A stretch of 64,000 bases of DNA from Takakia lepidozioides (Eukaryota > Plantae > Bryophyta): assembly GCA_030704615.1 (NCBI GenBank), contig CM060732.1, positions 21,762,001 to 21,826,000 on the forward strand, in the 5' to 3' direction. The notes under the pieces were generated by a model, which worked only from the letters and a program-made list of their open reading frames with translations, ran no database searches and was not told the DNA's origin. The position numbers were made by a program, and so were the translations under genes. Of this stretch, positions 59,464 through 64,000 are shown in pieces. The number at the start of each line of letters is the position of its first letter. The first letter of the stretch is position 1.

Positions 59464-62400
59464 TCATAAGACGTTGTTTGCCGTAGCCTTGTGGCCATTG
59501 ACCCCGCGCCCAGTTTGAGCGGGAACAAAAGGGACAGAACCTACCTCTGTCAGGGGCTGACGTTGGTAGTGTGACTTACCATCATATATAGAATTAATCC
59601 GGGTTTTCCAGATATCCTCTAGAAATCCCCTCACACAAACATCAATCTGCTGTGTGTGATTTGCCCAAAAACTAGGCCTCAGGAGGGCCTGGGCTTTTGG
59701 CTCAGCCTCGAGACTTTCAAAGTTGCTAAACAGGGGTACAGGCACAATTCCCTTGATAGAATTGAAGAGAGCGTCTCTTTGGTGAGAGAACCCCGGACAG
59801 TGTATCAGAAAGTGAATACTGTCTTCAGATTGCCCACACAGCGGGCAATTGCACTCTCCCTTTCCTCTCTGCTTCTGTTTGCTGTTCAAAGGTAGGCTTC
59901 CTGCCCTGAGTTTAAATTTCAGTCTAGTGCCGAGAGTGGGTAGACCCTTGAGGTCATCCAAGATGTCCTCCCCCATGTCACTGACTGGAAACAAGTTCAG
60001 GGAAGTTTTCTGCCTAACTTCATTTTCATCAGACAATCTCATGGCAACAGACATGGCTGAGGACACTACAGCCTCTAAGTCAGATTTATCCAGCAGGGTC
60101 AAGACTTGCGGATCCAGGTCCAGGTCCTTGAGGATCTCTTCTACTCTCTTCTGCCAGGACTTAGCCTGTTTGACAGGGCGGTCCTGTTTCCAAGATATAG
60201 AGTCCATTAACTTAGGATATCTGGTGTTGGGCATATGTTGCAGCTGACCCCACCATCTGACCTTGAATTCATCTCGTCGGGAGCTTAAGGACGGAATGCC
60301 AAACTCACCCCGAACAGCCACATTGGCTGTTTTGGAGCATGCTGACATACACTCCTTAAGCACCCCCACTTGAATGGATTCTAGAGACTTGGCCTGGTTG
60401 GAGTTATCAACCCATATAGCAGATCCGTACTCCAAGGCAGGTCTAATAACGCGACAAAGCATGGTTTTCTTAACCTCAGGGTTGACCCCTCTGCAGTGGA
60501 AAAATTTAGTGAGCCCCAGAGCTTTGCCCTTGCCAGTTTGAACAACTTTCCGGATATGTGCATCCCAATTACAATTGGAGGAAAACTCAACGCCCAGGTA
60601 AGTGTAGGAAGGGAGGACCGGGATCTCTTGGCTACCCCACTGCCACTTAAGATCACTTCCTCCCTCTCCTCTGTCGTTGAATGCTACCACTGCACGTTGG
60701 CTGACATTAGCCTCTAGCCCCCAAAGATCAAAGTATCTCTTCGCGCAATCAATCAACTCCTGGAGATTGGTTGGAGTCTCCCCTATGCCTGCGAAGTCAT
60801 CCGCAAACATAAGGGCTGGTATGGTGGTATCACCCACCCTTAACCCAAATCCCTCACTTTCCACATCCTCGAGGAGTTGATTGATGAAAACATTGAAGAG
60901 CAGAGGGGAGAGAGTACATCCTTGAGCTACACCTACTATGTCAAAGAAGTTGGACTTCTGTCCGTTAACAGTGACACAGCTTTTGGTGTGAGCATACAAG
61001 TTGTGGACAACTCTCCACATCTTTCCCTTGATCCCACAAGACCAGAGGCGGAACCATAGGCCATCTCTCCACACTGTGTCATAAGCCTTTTTGACATCCA
61101 GGAAAAAGACATAAGTGGGTTTCCCTTCTTTTTTCCTTCCCTGGATAATCTGGCTTAGAGTGAAGATATGATCCACACAGCCCCTGTTTCGCCGAAAGCC
61201 AGCTTGGCCTTCGTGGAAACAACCTCTAGACTCCAGATCAACCTCGAGACGAGTACTTATAACTCTGCAGAATGTCTTGCCAACAGCATTGAGGAGCGTG
61301 ATGCCACGGTAGTTCCCCGGTTCTTCTCTGTCACCCTTCTTGTATAGATTGACAATGACCCCCTGTCGCCAGCAAAAGGGGATCATTTCAGTCTTCCAGA
61401 TAAGGTTAAAGAGGAGAACTAGGGCCTCTATCATGGGATCGCCACCGTGCTTGATAAGCTCGTTGACAATACCATCAGGTCCACCAGCTTTATATCCATT
61501 TAAATGTTCAATTGCTTCCACAATCTCAGAAGAACTAATGGGAGCATTATAAGCCATTGAAATATACTCCAGTTCATCAGGGCTGTTTTGAATCATAGGA
61601 ACAGTTTTTCCAACTGTGTCCCTCCATTCAGCAGAAGACCCCTCACTGTTAGACCTAGAAGTTCTGCCAAGGCTACTGTAGTGAGTTTCAAAGGTTTTGA
61701 CAATGTCAACCGATGAAGTCACCACTGCACCTTTAGTAGTCTTCAGCGCTTGTACTTGCTGACCGTTTTTCGGCTTGTACAAAGCCTTGACCTCCTCATT
61801 GTGGAATTTTTCTATGCGCCACTTCCGAATCGAACGTTTCACAGATCTCTTGGTGGTGGGAAAACACCTTTTGATCTCAGTCGAAACCAGGAAGTGGTCA
61901 GAGGTACCAATATCAGTTCTGTCGATCAACACATTGGCACACTGGGGGAACAAAATTATGTCCATTATGATATAGTCCACAATGGAACGTTCCCCAGTTT
62001 GGGATTTCTCATGAGTCCACTGCACTTGGTCACCTCTTGTCCTGTTATTCAAGGTCAAAAGCTGAAGCTCTTCTAGACAGTTAATTAACCCTCTGCCATT
62101 AGAATTCAGCTCGTCCTCACCAAAAGGTCCAATGATATCGTCCTGATGGATCCCTTTGCCCACCCGGGCATTGAAGTCCCCCAATAGTACCACCTGACCT
62201 TGGGCAAGGAACGAAGCACAGTCCAGCTTTACATCTTCGAAGGCCTTGTCTGCGTCAGCACTAAGGGTCCCCTCTGTGGGCATGTAAACACAACCAACAA
62301 AGAGGTCCTTTGTACTCATGTCGCCCTTCAGATTCAGTTTTAGCCAGATACTATGCTCGTACCTCAAACCCTTGTTGATAATTTCACAATTGTCAAACAA

Positions 62401-63476
62401 GAAATCACGGACAAAGAATCCAACCCGCGTTTGGCAGAGGCTGCCTTGAGAGTACACATCTTACCTGCCCATTTATAACCATTGACATCTCCAACCAGTT
62501 TATCCGACGTTTCCCATGTTTCTTGCCCAGCACAGATATGAATATCATTAGTCCGAAGAACTTGTCCCACTTCGAGTTGTTTCCTTTGGTTGGTCAACCC
62601 TGAGAAGTTGAAAGTGGCCAGCCGCAAGCCAGCCCTTTGCATGTGAATTGTTTGTCGTCTAGGTAGCTTGTGATTGCTCCTGGACGGCCAACCGTTCTGC
62701 AAAGTGGGGACAGTTACCCCATGTGTAGATTTTGCTCGTCTTGTGTAAACTTTGAGAATTGGTAAACCATTCAGGGTACCAAATCTTTCAGTTACACGAC
62801 GCACAGGCTCCACACACATAGGGGCAGATTGTCCGTCAGACTGCTTGGGGACAATTACCCCGTGTATAGATTTTGCTCGTCTTGTGTAGACTTTGAGGAT
62901 TGGTAAACCATTTAGAGTACCAAATCCTTCAGTTACACGACGTTCAGGCTCTGCACACTTGGGGACAGATTGTCCATCTGACGGCTTGCGGACAATTACC
63001 CCGTGTATAGAATTTGTTTGTCTTGTGTAAACCTTGAGGATTGGTAAACCATTCAGAGTACCAAATCCTTCAGATTCAGGACGTTCAGGTTCCGTACATT
63101 TAGGGGCATCTTGTCCTTCTGGCTGTTTGGATTCAACCTCATCCAGAGCATCAAACCGATTAGAAACTCTCAAGTTGAAGTCGTTGCCCTTGGTTGTCTT
63201 CCTAGAGCGCCCCATTGAATCACCAATGTCTAAGACCGCTCTCCAGCCAGTCAAGGGACGAACTTCTTTGAGATTGAATTGATGCGGGACTCTATTAGAA
63301 GCACTTTTGGTCATTGCAACCTTCAACGTACCCCTGTTATCAAGTCTCGAGATGGTACCATTAGCCATGAAATCCAAGCCTAAGCTAGAGCATGTAGTTT
63401 TAAAGGACACATCGTCCATCCCGGGATTCACCCCAAAAACTACACATGAAGCCCTAGATTTGGCATAAGTAACCAA
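59464..63476 (-). CDS. LINE polyprotein: N-terminal region with three ~40-aa repeats, APE endonuclease, RT and C-terminal CCHC; one frameshift at ~62455
   Basis: 'RLATFNFSGL...AGQETW', 'LLGDFNARVG', 'VDYII...TSDHFLV', 'FLDVKKAYDTVWR', 'QGCTLSPLLF', 'MFADD', 'AVRGEFG', 'CPLCGQSEDSIHFLIHC'. Confidence 0.88.
62715..63105 (-). repeat. Three ~120-bp coding tandem repeats (PKCAEPERRVTEGFGTLNGLPILKVYTRRAKSIHGV)
   Basis: Visible in both the DNA and the translation of ORF 62364..63476. Confidence 0.9.
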
Positions 63477-64000
63477 TTCCCAGGGATCACCCTGAGGAGT
63501 GTTGATGTTGATAGGAGCTAAATTTTTGATTGTTCTCGCAGGCTATAAGTTTAAGCCCAGGAACCAACCCGAGCCCAAGTGCCGAGTATGCTAGACAGAG
63601 CATACGACTGCCCAATTTGGGCGGAGGGGCTGCCCCCAAGCGGTAGGAGTCCGCTTGTTACCATTCAGAGATCACACTCCAGGGAGTTGCAGGGAATGGC
63701 CCGTGTAGGCATATTCTAAAGAGGGAAAGGCCCCAAGCTTTCCAACTAAATCCAATGCACTACCTTACCTGAAGCAAAGCGCTTCAGGTCCAAGGACACG
63801 AGGTCACAAGGCCGGCATTTAGTCACAGAGACATTAATGTACTCCCGTATCAAGTCCACCCAATGTCAATAGGCTTCCTAGAGGACAGGGAGAATGTGGG
63901 CATGAGAGAGAGCAACATTATGCCAATCCCTGAGCTGCAGGACATGCGAGCTTAGGAATACCTGCATTTGATTCCCGAACTGCTTCCTTTATTTCTAGCA

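Larger units (their letters stand above)
59458..63894 (-). mobile_element. Near-intact non-LTR retrotransposon (APE-RT-CCHC, RTEX-like)
   Basis: 15-bp TSD TGTGGGCATGAGAGA (59443-59457, 63895-63909). Long ORFs 62364..63476 and 59464..62457. Confidence 0.9.

Noticed and set aside
63760-63830. HDV-like self-cleaving ribozyme in the LINE 5' UTR
   Set aside because: Only a hairpin is clear; I could not assemble the P1/P2 pseudoknot or the catalytic J4/2 strand by eye.

Overview
This is a transposon-saturated region of a plant nuclear genome, probably a bryophyte or other non-seed plant judging from the PLS-type PPR fragments and TE families. It contains no intact host gene. Terminal repeats and target-site duplications (TSDs) resolve it into a nested stack. 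An old L1-type LINE (1-2190, resuming about 46510-50650, probable 3' end 54925-56089) is interrupted by a small CACTA element (521-979) and by a ~44 kb Mutator-like element (~2191-46509). The Mutator-like element carries a GCM-like/DDE/SWIM transposase (+). Divergently it carries a spliced gene that reconstructs as a ParB-like (DGNHR) domain fused to a prokaryote-type beta-class N4C/N6A DNA methyltransferase, plus an array of ~11 palindromes with core GTGCG-N4-CGCAC. One ~140-nt intron of that gene took two large insertions. (i) A Pack-CACTA (5038-24255, TSD GTT) carrying scrambled OSB-PDF/PPR fragments, itself hosting a Ty3/gypsy element (5373-19158). (ii) A Ty3/gypsy element (24297-36179, TSD GACC) with a DNMT3-like C5 methyltransferase inside pol, a C-terminal PHD finger, a tRNA-independent self-priming PBS and a permuted A-internal-B-A-B LTR layout, consistent with integration of a 2-LTR circle opened at an internal palindrome. 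Downstream are a Sola-like transposon remnant, a non-autonomous PIF/Harbinger element (TSD TAA) and a near-intact RTEX-like LINE (59458-63894, 15-bp TSD). All family assignments are by-eye motif recognition; no database searches were run.
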